DNA of 64,000 bases from a virus: positions 64,001-128,000 of the IMG/VR virus record IMGVR_UViG_3300032092_000005, one strand, 5' to 3'. The notes under the pieces were generated by a model. It was not told the origin of the DNA. It did no database searches and saw nothing but the letters and a program-made list of their open reading frames with translations. Both the position numbers and the translations under genes were made by a program. Below are positions 17,236 to 29,500 of this stretch, one piece after another. How positions within the stretch are numbered: position 1 is the first letter of the stretch; the number at the start of each line of letters is the position of its first letter.

Positions 17236-17427
17236 ATGACACATCATGAAACACTTGTAGATTTATTTAATTCCTACGTAAAGGAAAATGAAAAATTTTC
17301 TGAGAAGGGAAACAAAGCAGCAGGAACTAGAGCAAGAAAAGCACTAGCAGAATTTGCAAAGGTTTCTAAAGACAGAAGAAAAGAGATTCAAGACTCAAAA
17401 ATTAGTGAAAAATTGGAAATTATCTAA
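17236..17427 (+). CDS. Small basic histone H1-like (Hc1-type) protein
   Basis: KF..KGNKAAGTRARKAL.E..K....RRKEIQ motif; AAGGA RBS. Confidence 0.75.
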   Translation: MTHHETLVDLFNSYVKENEKFSEKGNKAAGTRARKALAEFAKVSKDRRKEIQDSKISEKLEII

Positions 17428-17435
17428 CATAAATA
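17428..17435 (+). promoter_or_regulatory. Late promoter variant (CATAAATA)
   Basis: Lies 6 nt before the gp25 ATG, implying a nearly leaderless mRNA. Confidence 0.55.
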
Positions 17436-17441
17436 GAATAT

Positions 17442-17828
17442 ATGGCAACAGCACCCGCATTCTTTAAAGATTTATCATTAAATCTTACTCCAAATCCAGT
17501 GACTGGAGATACATCTCCAGCCGTAAACGAGAACGCAGTGAAGAAGGCGTTGATTAATTTAATTAGAACGCCGTTAGGAACTAGACCATTTAGTCCAGAA
17601 TATGGAACAAGACTTTATGATTTTTTGTTTAAGCCTGCGGACAGTGAAACCGAGGCTGACATAAATGATGAATTAAATAATTGCATTACTAAATTTGAGC
17701 CTAGAGTTAAAGTCGTGTCTATCACTACTAACATGAATGATGATGGAATAGAAATTGAATTAAATTATTATGTAGTTAATGTGAGTGCGCAACAAACTCT
17801 AACAACAACAATAACAAGAACGGGCTAA
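17442..17828 (+). CDS. gp25: Baseplate wedge subunit
   Basis: FKDLSL....NPVT.D.....NE.AVK.AL.NL..T..G.RPF.P.YG, FEPRV. Confidence 0.95.
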   Translation: MATAPAFFKDLSLNLTPNPVTGDTSPAVNENAVKKALINLIRTPLGTRPFSPEYGTRLYDFLFKPADSETEADINDELNNCITKFEPRVKVVSITTNMNDDGIEIELNYYVVNVSAQQTLTTTITRTG

Positions 17829-17833
17829 ACCAG

Positions 17834-19672
17834 ATGGCTACACCAATAGATTTAAAATTAGATGGACTTAATTTCGAAGAAATTCGTGCAAATTTTAAGT
17901 TGTTTTTACAAAATCAGACAGAATTTTTAGACTATAACTTTGAAGGTTCTGGTATTGGTGTTTTGCTGGACGTATTATCCTATAACACATACTATACTGG
18001 ATTCTATCAAAACATGGTAGCATCCGAAGGATTCTTAGCGACTGCGCAGAAAAGAAATTCTGTCGTAAATTTAGCTAAAGCTTTGAACTATACTCCTAGA
18101 TCGGCATCATCTTCTAAAATTTCTGGAACATTAAAAGCTACTGTAGTCGGTTCACCTGCCAATATTACTATTCCAAAATATACTAAATTTCAAGCATCGA
18201 TTAACGGAGCAACTTATATATTTTTAACTCAGGCGGCGGTTACACTTTTCAACAATTCTGGCATATATGTTAGCACTGCCGATGATAATGTACAATTAAT
18301 TGAAGGTAGATCAATCTCGGAAAAATACACATATAATGTTAATGATCCGGATCAAAGATTTATAATATCTAATCCAACAGCAGATACGACAACATTAACT
18401 GTTAAAATTCAGAACTCATCTTCAGATAGTACTATTAAATTTTATAAATTAGCATCGGACGTTATTACACTCACAAGCGCCTCTGAAGTATATTACTTAG
18501 AAGAAGTAGAAGACGGTAAATTTAGAGTAACTTTTGGTGACAATATTATAAGTAAGAAATTGACACAAGGCAATATTGTATATCTAGATTATGTTGTATC
18601 TACTGGAACTTTAAGTAATGGAATTAAATCTTTTATATTAGCATCAAATGTTGATGGCATCACAGATTTAACATTTACTCCAAATTCAGGAACTTCAGCC
18701 GCTGGCGGTCAAGATAGAGAATCTATTGCATCTATTAAGTTTGCTGCACCTAAATCATTTGCTGCACAGAATAGGGCAGTTACTGCTGAAGATTATGAAT
18801 CGCTAATGTTAACTGCACCAAATGTGGGATCAGTAGCAGTTTGGGGTGGACAAGATAATGATCCGCCTGCATACGGCAAAGTATTTATTGCAGTTCGTCC
18901 AGTATTGGGTGAAATATTAAGTGCTTCTGAGAAGTTAAATATTATTAATAGTATTATTAATCCAAAACGAGTTTTAGCTATTTCTACTGAGATTGTTGAT
19001 CCTGATTACATTTACCTTAAATTAGTTTTAGATATTAAATATGATCCTAATCAGACTGTCGAAACGTCAACTAGTTTAAAGAGCAGATTGGTTGATGTGA
19101 TTAAAACATACAATGATGAAAATTTAAATTCTTTCTCTAAGTATTATAGACAGTCTGCGCTATCAAGAATAATCGACAATGCTGATAGGTCTATTGTTAG
19201 TAGTTCAATATATGCAACTATGACAAGGGAACTTAATGTTCAATTGAATGTTGCATTTAAATATACTATCAGATTTTCTAATCCAATTGATAGTGCTACA
19301 TTGAATAGACTAGCATCTAATCCATATGGTCTAGGAAACAAAGTAACATCTAATGAATTTAGTTACGGTGGATTTACTGGTTGTTTCCTTGAAGATAATG
19401 GTGGATTAATTAGAGTATATCGTAAAGTAGGAACAACAAACGTGGCTGTTGCTACTAATGTAGGCACAATCGATTACAATTCAGGAACTATTATTCTTAA
19501 TGATTTTATTCCTACAGCGTTTGCTGATGGTGGTGTAGAATTGCGAGTTACTGCAACACCAGCATCGTCAGATATTCTTCCATTAAGAGGTCAAATTGTT
19601 ACTATTCGTGATGAAGATATCACTCTTACTTTAATTGACGACAATTCTATTAGTTTAGTTAGAAGATATTAA
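17834..19672 (+). CDS. gp6: Baseplate wedge subunit
   Basis: L.F..I..N...FL..Q.EF.DYNFEGS....LLDVL.YNTYY, ES..SIKF.AP....AQNRAVT..DY, WGG.DN.PP.YGKVFI. Confidence 0.96.
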   Translation: MATPIDLKLDGLNFEEIRANFKLFLQNQTEFLDYNFEGSGIGVLLDVLSYNTYYTGFYQNMVASEGFLATAQKRNSVVNLAKALNYTPRSASSSKISGTLKATVVGSPANITIPKYTKFQASINGATYIFLTQAAVTLFNNSGIYVSTADDNVQLIEGRSISEKYTYNVNDPDQRFIISNPTADTTTLTVKIQNSSSDSTIKFYKLASDVITLTSASEVYYLEEVEDGKFRVTFGDNIISKKLTQGNIVYLDYVVSTGTLSNGIKSFILASNVDGITDLTFTPNSGTSAAGGQDRESIASIKFAAPKSFAAQNRAVTAEDYESLMLTAPNVGSVAVWGGQDNDPPAYGKVFIAVRPVLGEILSASEKLNIINSIINPKRVLAISTEIVDPDYIYLKLVLDIKYDPNQTVETSTSLKSRLVDVIKTYNDENLNSFSKYYRQSALSRIIDNADRSIVSSSIYATMTRELNVQLNVAFKYTIRFSNPIDSATLNRLASNPYGLGNKVTSNEFSYGGFTGCFLEDNGGLIRVYRKVGTTNVAVATNVGTIDYNSGTIILNDFIPTAFADGGVELRVTATPASSDILPLRGQIVTIRDEDITLTLIDDNSISLVRRY

Positions 19673-22176
19673 TGTCAACATACGACACGCTATTTAAGCC
19701 ATCATTATCAATACAGAATCAAATTCCAAAGCTAGATGATACTAGCTTTCAGACTTTGCTGGCTGGTTATTATGAATGGCTGCAAACTTCTAAATTAGAA
19801 TTTTACGATTCTGTTGGAACTTTTAAAAATGGCGAATTCATAATTGGAACAACAACAAAGGCTAGAGCATTAATTAAAGTTGTTGGAAGCAATTATGTTG
19901 TCATAAAAATGATAACAGAAACTCCTTTCAATTTGCGTGAGCAAATTACGGGTGAAACTTCTGGCGCTACTGCATATGTATTTTCGATTAAAGATAACGT
20001 AGTTCGTGCTACAGGCCAATATCTCAACAACAAAAATCCAGAAAAAGCTTCTGGTATTTATTTTGATTATTTAAGAGATGAATTGAATAAAGGTATTCCT
20101 AGCATATCTGTGGCCGACAGAAGAGATATTGTTAATAAGTTTAAAGATTTTTATCACTCAAAGAGCAATGAAGAAGCTTATAAATTTATTTTTGCTGCAC
20201 TATATGATGACAAAGCAATTGAGCTTAGATATCCTGGAGCAGATGTGCTTAGAATATCTGATGGCAAATATGATAAACCAACTACACTTAGAGTAGTTAC
20301 TGTTAGCAATATTAATGAGACTTTATCAAATAAGACTATTGCTGGAGTTACTAGTGGCGCTCTTGCTTTAGTTACTGGTGTAGTATCAACAAACATATCG
20401 GACTTACCATATTCAGAATTAACTCTAAATTTAACTACTGGCACATTTATTGCTGACGAAAGTATTAAAATAGCAGGCACTAATACATCAATCACTACAG
20501 TCTATGGTGTAATTGCTGGAGTTAATATCAATGATGCTGGAAGTGGATACTCAGTTGGTGATGTTCTTCCAGTTGTCGGTGCAGGATATGATGGTAAAAT
20601 TACAGTGTCCGAAATTGGATCAGGACTTATCAATAAAGTAAAATTAAATTCTACTGGATATGGATACAGAGTCGGATCACAATCTATAATCGATAATTCA
20701 GGAACTGACGGTTCTGGACTTGTCGTAGCAGTTAAAGCTATAGCGAATTCATACATTCTCAATGGAAATACTGTAGGTGAAGTTACTGCAATTGAAATTT
20801 TAAATACAGGTTCTGAATATAGTGCTGTCCCGACAATCACACTAGAAGACACTACAATAAAATCTATCGGAGCATTATCCGAAAGATTGATCACACTTAA
20901 AGATAGAGGCTCAGATTATTCTGTAGGAAATACATTAATATTTACTGGCGGCTCTGGTGCAAATGCAGTGGGCATAATTGCTTCTATAGGAAACATTGAC
21001 AATATTGTCACTGAAATTGAAGACTACTTCACAACAGAAGATGGTTTCTACATTATAAATGAAAGAAACATAACGGACGATACGGATTATGGTTTTGATA
21101 ATATTCTTCTCGAAGGCAAAAGAGGCGCTGTCTATAATCTAATTCAAGAAGAAACTTTAAACGGTAAAGCTAGTGCAATCAAGCATGAAGATTGGTTAAA
21201 TATTGGACCAATTTCTAGAATTGAATTGACAAATTCTGGCGATGGATATACAGCAAATGCTTTACCTACAATAACAGCTAACTCGACAACAGGTTATAGC
21301 TCAGAGTTTGTATGTACAGGAATACAGGGCGCTGGCGCAACCGCAATTGTAGATTTTGCAAATAACGTTTCTGGTCTAGGATCAATTCGTGCAGTAGATA
21401 TTGTTCAAGGATTAAATTACAGTTCAAGTAATACTACAATTAATGCTACAGGATTTGGTGCAGGTAATGCTAATTTAACTCCTATAATTACTGGAACAAC
21501 AGTATCTAAAGGATTGTATCTAAACAACGATGGTAAGATTAACAATAAGATAATTCAAGACTCTTATTTCTATCAAGACTTCTCTTACGTTATTAAAAGT
21601 AGTAATAACTTTGGATCATATAGTAAATTAATTAAAGACATTCTTCATCCAGCTGGAATGGAATTCTTTGGTGAAATTGTTCTATTGAGCCTTATTGAAA
21701 ATGCTTTTAATGAAATACAGGTAAGTGCTGAGATTGTTAAACAAATTCCGTTGAATGCTGCGGTTCCAGAAGCCGCAGACTTCTATCAAGGAGAACTAAA
21801 TGGTCAATTTAAAGATTTAAAAATCTTCGACTTGTGGTATGTAGAGGTTCAAGCATATACTGGAGAAACGCTTTTAGACCAATGGCACACATGGGACGGT
21901 CCTCACGTTACTAAATTGATTAAATCTCCAGGAACAGTCACCATCACAACTGTTATGTCAGGAAATACTATTATAAGCTCTAGTGTTGTCGGCATAGGAA
22001 CAAATTTTACAAGTGATTATTTGGATGGAGAAGAGTTGATTGTTGGTGTTGAAAGTGCAGACGAAAGCGCAAACATATTGACCGTAGCAAATAGTACTTT
22101 TATGACATTAAATCTTGTTCGACCATTGTCAGGAACTTACTCAGGCGCAAACATATTTAAGCGCAGATTACAATAA
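19672..22176 (+). CDS. gp7: Baseplate wedge initiator (gp7-like)
   Basis: YYEWL, FY.SK..E..Y.F.F..L, YP....LR.SDG, IQDS.FYQDFSYVI, LHPAG..FFG; between gp6 and gp8. Confidence 0.8.
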   Translation: MSTYDTLFKPSLSIQNQIPKLDDTSFQTLLAGYYEWLQTSKLEFYDSVGTFKNGEFIIGTTTKARALIKVVGSNYVVIKMITETPFNLREQITGETSGATAYVFSIKDNVVRATGQYLNNKNPEKASGIYFDYLRDELNKGIPSISVADRRDIVNKFKDFYHSKSNEEAYKFIFAALYDDKAIELRYPGADVLRISDGKYDKPTTLRVVTVSNINETLSNKTIAGVTSGALALVTGVVSTNISDLPYSELTLNLTTGTFIADESIKIAGTNTSITTVYGVIAGVNINDAGSGYSVGDVLPVVGAGYDGKITVSEIGSGLINKVKLNSTGYGYRVGSQSIIDNSGTDGSGLVVAVKAIANSYILNGNTVGEVTAIEILNTGSEYSAVPTITLEDTTIKSIGALSERLITLKDRGSDYSVGNTLIFTGGSGANAVGIIASIGNIDNIVTEIEDYFTTEDGFYIINERNITDDTDYGFDNILLEGKRGAVYNLIQEETLNGKASAIKHEDWLNIGPISRIELTNSGDGYTANALPTITANSTTGYSSEFVCTGIQGAGATAIVDFANNVSGLGSIRAVDIVQGLNYSSSNTTINATGFGAGNANLTPIITGTTVSKGLYLNNDGKINNKIIQDSYFYQDFSYVIKSSNNFGSYSKLIKDILHPAGMEFFGEIVLLSLIENAFNEIQVSAEIVKQIPLNAAVPEAADFYQGELNGQFKDLKIFDLWYVEVQAYTGETLLDQWHTWDGPHVTKLIKSPGTVTITTVMSGNTIISSSVVGIGTNFTSDYLDGEELIVGVESADESANILTVANSTFMTLNLVRPLSGTYSGANIFKRRLQ

Positions 22177-22183
22177 TATATTG

Positions 22184-22191
22184 TATAAATA
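22184..22191 (+). promoter_or_regulatory. T4-type late promoter
   Basis: TATAAATA upstream of gp8. Confidence 0.8.
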
Positions 22192-22217
22192 GAATATAGA
22201 AATAAAGGAACATAATC

Positions 22218-23513
22218 ATGCCAGGATTAGCAACTAGTAATTTTAGACTTCACAATTCAGAGCAATTTGTTGAAGCATTCTCAGAAGCAGCAAATACTTC
22301 AATGTATCTGTTTATTGGCGGCACTTCACCGTATCCAGCTGGCGCCGATGATACGGGAAATTATCCGACTCCTATTAATGATACTGCTAATATCGAGTAT
22401 ATACCATGGCGTGATGCTATCGCAGCTAAAAGAATTCAAGCTTCAGATATTACAAACGGCATAAGACGATTGGACTGGGCGACAGGAACTGTTTATGATA
22501 TATATGACCACACTGACGCGACACTATCAGACCAAGACTTTTATGTTATCACTGAAGAGTATAACGTATATAAATGCCTTTCGAATAATTATGGCGCAGC
22601 TTCTACATCAAAACCTACTGGCACAGGAAGTTCTGAAATTACACTTGCAGATAACTATATCTGGAAATACATGTATACAGTTTCTACATCCGATGCGTTG
22701 AAGTTCGTAACACGCGATTATATTCCAGTTAAAACAGACGATACAATATCGGCAGCAGCAATAGATGGGGCAATTCATTTTATCAAAAAAACTTCAGGCG
22801 GTAGCGGATACTTTCAAGGTAACACTACAGTCACTATAGTTGGAGATGGAACTGGTGCTACAGCTAGTCCTGTTATTTCAGGCGGCGCCCTTACTCAAGT
22901 TACAATTTCAAATAAAGGCACTGGTTATACATATGCAGAAGCAGTGATTACTGGTGTAGGTACAGGTGCAGTAGCGATTCCTATTATTAGTCCAAAGAAT
23001 GGTCATGGTGACGATGCAGTTAAAGAATTATATGGCACATATGTCCTGCTTAATGCTAGATTAGCAGGTTCAGAATCTAGTACAATTCCAACATCAAACG
23101 ATTATAGAAAGCTGGGACTCATACGCGATCCATTTTTATATGGAACATCTTCAATTGCATATGGCTCTAATTACAGAGCAACATATAGATATACATTTCC
23201 TACAGCTCCAACTGCAAACTATTTAGCCGATGAACTAGTCACTGCAACAGTCGATGGAGTAACAACAACAGCAACTGTTATTGAATGGGACTCGGCTAGT
23301 AAATATCTATATACTACAAAGCCTATTCCAAAAGATATAACAACATCTTCTGCAATTGTAGGAGCAAACTCTACTGCGAGTGGCACAGCTAATAGTATTA
23401 ACACTCCAGGACTTCAGCCATATACGGGCGATATTTTGTATATTGAAAATCGCGGTAAGATTACTAGAACTGCCGATCAGATTGAAGATATTAAGCTAAT
23501 CATCGAATTTTAA
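22218..23513 (+). CDS. gp8: Baseplate wedge subunit
   Basis: FR..N...F, W..G.VYD.Y, FYV.T....VYKCL.N, D.Y.WKYMY, GHG.D...EL, GD.LY.ENR..I.R..DQ.EDIK.IIEF. Confidence 0.93.
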   Translation: MPGLATSNFRLHNSEQFVEAFSEAANTSMYLFIGGTSPYPAGADDTGNYPTPINDTANIEYIPWRDAIAAKRIQASDITNGIRRLDWATGTVYDIYDHTDATLSDQDFYVITEEYNVYKCLSNNYGAASTSKPTGTGSSEITLADNYIWKYMYTVSTSDALKFVTRDYIPVKTDDTISAAAIDGAIHFIKKTSGGSGYFQGNTTVTIVGDGTGATASPVISGGALTQVTISNKGTGYTYAEAVITGVGTGAVAIPIISPKNGHGDDAVKELYGTYVLLNARLAGSESSTIPTSNDYRKLGLIRDPFLYGTSSIAYGSNYRATYRYTFPTAPTANYLADELVTATVDGVTTTATVIEWDSASKYLYTTKPIPKDITTSSAIVGANSTASGTANSINTPGLQPYTGDILYIENRGKITRTADQIEDIKLIIEF

Positions 23514-23530
23514 TAAGGTCATAGAACAAT

Positions 23531-26500
23531 ATGTCTACTCCAGGTAATATCAATTTAAACGTAAGTCCGTACTATGACGATTATAATGAGGATTCAGATT
23601 TCGTAAGAGTTCTATATCGTCCAGGGCGCGCAATTCAAGCAAGAGAATTGACACAAGCCCAAACATATCAACAGAAGCAATTTGAAAGATTTGCAAATTT
23701 TATTTTTGATGAAGGTGCTATTGTTGATGGATGTGAAATTTCTCCAAATTTAAAACTAGATTATGTTAAGCTTCAGTCAACATATTCTGGCAACACAGTA
23801 GTAGTAAACAATTTTGTTGGTCAACAAATTATTGGTGCTAATACTGGTGTTATTGCGCGAGTTAATTTAGCTACTGATCTTGAGGGCGATGATCCTAAGA
23901 CGCTATTCATATCTTACACTAGCGGTGGTGGTGCATTATTATCGTGCAACACTAACGACCAAATGGTTGTTGGTAATGAAATTAAATTTTCATTTCCTAT
24001 AGACACTACAAACACAGCCACAATTACTTCAGTATGGGACGATCCATACACAGGACAACCTTATTTTGTAATTACTGGCTCTGGAGATTTTCCAACTACA
24101 GTTCCAAATACAATAACAGGAACAAGCACCGACGTAAACGGAAGTCCATTTACTGTTTTATTGAATACTGGATTTGATAAGAGAACGTCTTCAAAATTTG
24201 AAGATTCTGAAATATTAATTTGCACTACCACTACTGGCACATTCTACGCAAATACTGCAACTTTAGATGCGACACAACATGTTGTTGATCCAGATAGTGA
24301 AACCGAAGTTACTTTTACAAAAGGTTCTGCATTAACTATTGGTGCAGGAATTGTTTATATTGCAGGTCATTTTGTAAATCGTGATTCGCAAACAATCGTA
24401 TTAGACAAATACACTAATACACCATCTTACAAAGTTGGATTAGTTCCTAATGTCGAATTTGTAGATTCGATTGATGATTTTTCATTAGTCGATAATGCGC
24501 AAGGAAGTCCTAACTTTCAAGCACCGGGCGCAGATAGACTTAAAATTACAACAACACTCAAAAAGTATGATTTGAATGATGATGTAGTTTTGGATAGTTT
24601 TGTGTCTTATGTTGAAATTGACGAGGGCACAATAAGAAAGCGTAAAACTATTGAAATTGGTGGTCAAATTGAAGATGCTATTGCACAGCGTACATATGAA
24701 GAATCTGGTGACTACACATTAAACGATCCAATTATTGCTGCGCGTGAGCATTTAATTAATGGTGATAATCGTGGACGATATACTCTAGGACAAGGAGGCG
24801 ATAATGAACTTCTAATTATTAACGTTGATCCAATAACAGCATATGTTTCGGGATATAGATATGAAACTGTTGGTAAAGCGGAAGTTAATATTCGCAAAGG
24901 AACAGATACTCAATATAATGAACAAGTAAAAACACAATTAGCTTTTGGCGGTGGCATAAATGTTAAAGAAGTTGTCGGCGCCTGGGATATCAATCAAGGC
25001 ACTAAAGTAGATATATACAACACTTTTCAGACTGCAATTTCAAATACAACCTTTGCTTCTACTACAGTAGCTGGTACTAAAATTGGTACTGCTAGAATTA
25101 AGTCTTTAGAATTCGTAAGTGGTACTCCAGGAATATCTACTGCTGTATATAATTTCTATCTATATGATATAGCTATGTTAGCTTCAGCCGATTTTTCTAC
25201 TGCGCGTTCATTTTATCTTCCTGGCTCTCCAGCAAAATTTGCAGACATTGTTCTGGACGATTTAGGGCGAGCGGTACTGTCGGACGCAACATTTGATAAA
25301 CTGATTTTTAAATTGCCATACAGCGCAACAAAAACTCTACGTGATACTAACAACAACATTGAATCTGGATTTTATTTTAAATCTGAAAAATCATTTACTT
25401 TTACTTCTGGTAGTGCTACCTTAAATTCTACGGATGCTAGTGAAACTTTTGAGGGTACTGGTGCATTGACTGTCTCACAGAAAAATAATAATTACTATCT
25501 TGTGCCAACAACTACATCAAACACTGCTGCTTTGACTGGTACTGTAGCAATTGCTGCAAGTAGTAATGTAGTAGTAGGTACAGGAACAACATTCTCATCG
25601 CAGTTTAATGTTGGAGATGTTATTCGTGTAAATAGTCTAGATAGAATTGTGGGTGCTATTAGTAATGCGACACACATGACGTTGACTACAACTCATACTG
25701 GTGCGACTGCAAATACATATTCTAAATCTTTTCCTGCGGGCAAACCAATTAGTTTATCTGGATTTGGAACATACGGTTCAGGAGTAAGAAGCGCGACAGT
25801 CGGCACAGGAGGTGCATCCATTACGATTGATATTGCAGAGAATATTGCACCTGATGCTAAACTAATTGCTTCAATGGCTAGAAGTAATGCTAGAGAAAAG
25901 TCTAAGCTATTAAGCTACGGTAATGAAGTTTATATTCAAGCGAACACTCATCCTATCGGAATAACTGGACCATGGAGTTTAGGAAAAGGTGACGTAATTA
26001 CAGTACGTGCAATTTATCAGGCAAATAATTTTGCTTCTGTTCCTACGACAGCAAACACTAACGTAACTGCATATTATACTCTTAACAATGGTCAGACTGA
26101 TAATACATACGAACATGCAACACTCTCACCAATTAATGGAACTATTCCTACTGGTAGATTGCTAGTAGTATTTGATTCATATAATCATAACACTACTCAA
26201 GGTACTGGATACTTCTCAATCGATTCATATCCAATTAATGACTCGATAGATTCAAATACTACGATTACGACTTCAGAAGTTCCTGTATACATTAGTAAAA
26301 AAACTGGAGATACATATAATCTACGCGACTGTTTAGATTTTAGACCAATTAAGACTGCAAACACTACTGCAATAAATCCTATTGATCCAGAAACGTATCA
26401 AATACCTACAACTGGTTCTGTCGGTCTTCACATTCCTACACCAGATTCTGATTTTGATGCAGACTTGATTTATTATAAGGGTAGAAAATCTAGATTATAT

Positions 26501-29500
26501 CTAGATCAAGATGGAGAATTCAAAATCAACGATGGTCCTGCTTTAGATCAAGATTCTACATCACCAGCAGCTATTCCAGGTACACTACAGTTAGCAGAAT
26601 TGACTATTCCTCCATACCCATCTTTAATATCTGGAGTCGGCATAACTCCATTTAAAAATAGAAGATATACTATGCGGGACGTTGGCTCTATTGAACAAAG
26701 AGTATTCGATTTAGAAGCTTATAATTTAATGAATTCTGCTGAAAAGCAAGTTGTAAATACTGTCATTGTCGATTCTGTTACTGGTGTAGACAAATTAAAA
26801 AATGGACTTTTAGTAGACGTATTTACTGGACACAATACTGCTGACGTAAACTCTCCATTATACAAAGCGTCAATTGATAGACATAATAATTGTGTGACAG
26901 CATATTCAAATAATGAAATGCAGATCGCATTAGCATATAATACGGCTGGTTCTTCTGGTGTAACTAAAACATCTGGTAAGAAATTGATGTTAGCGTACAC
27001 TCAGATTGTGTCTACAGCAAATCAGTATTTTGTTACATCAAATACTATAATATCTGATATTCCAAGTAATTTTGTTGGAGATTTATCTCTATTTCCATCT
27101 ACAGATAACTGGCTCAATACTACAAGAGTTCCTGGAAAAGATTTAGCAAATGATCCTACAGGACAATTAGATAACTGGAAAATTAGAGCAGATGCATGGA
27201 ACACAGAAATTAATCCAGCAGTAAGATATTTTATCGGTGATAATCCTACAGTTCGTAGTTTAGAATCTACAGGAGTAGTTTCTTCAAGCGTTTCTTCTTC
27301 TACTGTAAGCGCATTGAATAGTGCTATTCTTACACAACAACAAACTAACCCTGCTACAGGCAGAGTTTTAGATACTTCTGTTCAACACACTATGCGTAGC
27401 CGTGATATTATTGTATCTGCAAATGGATTAAAAAATTCTACTAGACTGTACTTCTATTTTGATGGTATGGATGTTACTGCTAATACTACTCCGATATCAA
27501 TAAGTGGAACAATTTCTGACATTTATGAAACATTTGATGCTAATGGATTTCTTCCACAAACATCTGCATTATTCACTAGACAAATTGCAGGAGAAACTGG
27601 AATTACTTCAGCTAATGGTAAATTTACTGGCATTTTTAGAGTTCCGGCAGATAAATTTAATGTTGGTGCAAGAGAATTTAAAATTTCAGATAAATCTACT
27701 TACGGCGACACTTCAGAATCTTCTTATGCTAGATGTGTATTCTATGCACAAGGATCGTCTATAACAAGTACTAGCAGCATTTTAGACACAAGACCTACTA
27801 ATAGATTATCAAATAAATCTTTAGTTTCTTCGTTAGAAAAAGACGTTGAAAGTGGCACAGCTACAAGAATTATTGATCCTCTGATTCAAACATTCACTGT
27901 AGACCCAAGCACATACACTAAAGGTATGATGGTAACTTCAGTTGATTTATTTTTTGCAGCAAAACCAACTACATCCTCTACTGATGGCGTGACTTTAGAT
28001 ATTAGAGAATATGATTACGTTAGCAAAGCACCATCTCGAAATATTATTGGAAATCAAATTGCTAGATTAGAGAATAGTTCAATTAATGTTAATACGAATC
28101 CTACGTCAAGCACTCCTAGTACGTTTACATTCTCTAATCCTATATATTTACAACCTGGTAAAACATATTGCATTGCTATTAAGCCTGATGGCAATAATCC
28201 TGCATATAAATTGTGGATTGCAGAAGCTAATCAAAGAGACTTATCATCTTCGACAATTACGAATAGATATGTTACATTAACTTCACAGACTGAATTGTGG
28301 ACACCATCGTCAGGTGGAAAATGGACAAAATCAACTACTAAAGACTTAAAGTTTGCAGTAAAAATTGCTCGATTCTTTGATCCTAAATTAGTAACATCTA
28401 AAAGAGGTGTTGCAGTATTAAACAATATGCCAATTTCTAATACAATTAGTGGCATTACTTATACTGGAATATATCCAAATGTTGAAGATTTATCTTTGTC
28501 TGCTACTGAAATTGCATATGAAATAGCACAAGCTAATGCTTCATCTTCATCTGTTTCTACTTTCACTCAGATTAAAAATTTAGAACTTATTAAAAATAGC
28601 GTCCTATATCAGATATCTAACACTGCAACAGAATTTACTGGTGGATTTAAATCATTAAAAATTCGCGCATCACTTAGAACCGATGATGCATATGTTTCTC
28701 CATATATTGATTTGCAAAGAATTAATTGTGCGTTGACTAAAAATGAAATTAATGATTCACTATATGCTACTGTAACAGGTACTGCTGAATTGAGTTCATC
28801 TAGTAATGTTGTTATTGGATATGGAACAACATTTAGCACAGAGCTTGCTGGTGTGAAATATATTAAAACATCGACAAATGAATACCGTCAAATTATCAGT
28901 ATCAGTAACAATTCATACTTAACTGTTGCAAACAATTTTAATACGACTTCTAATGGAGTATCAATATATTACAATACTGAAGATAATCCAGTAGGACCAC
29001 ACACAGCATTAAGTAGATATATCACAAGAGTTGTTACATTGAATGATGGATTTGATTCTTCAGACTTAATTGTGTACTTAGACGTTAATCGCCAGAAGAC
29101 TACTGATATTAAGGTATACTATAAGATATTGAATAGCGCAGATCAGGATGCGTTTAATGATAAATTCTGGACAGAAATGAGTTTAGAAGGTCTTAAAACA
29201 TTTGCAACATCTCCTAATGACTACTCGCTGCAAAAATATGTAGTACCACAGTTTGGTAAAAAGATAGTACTATTAACTGGAACTGCAAATACTAATACTA
29301 CTACTGCTGCAATAGTTGGAACAGGCACATTGTTCACTGAGCAACTGAAAGCTAATGACACTATTGCACTTGGATTAAGTAAGACTCAAGGTATTGTTTC
29401 AAGTATTTCAAATAATACCTATATGACATTGCAATCTGTTCCTGCTGCTAACACTACAGGACAAGACATATATAGATCAATGGAAAATACTATTACATAT

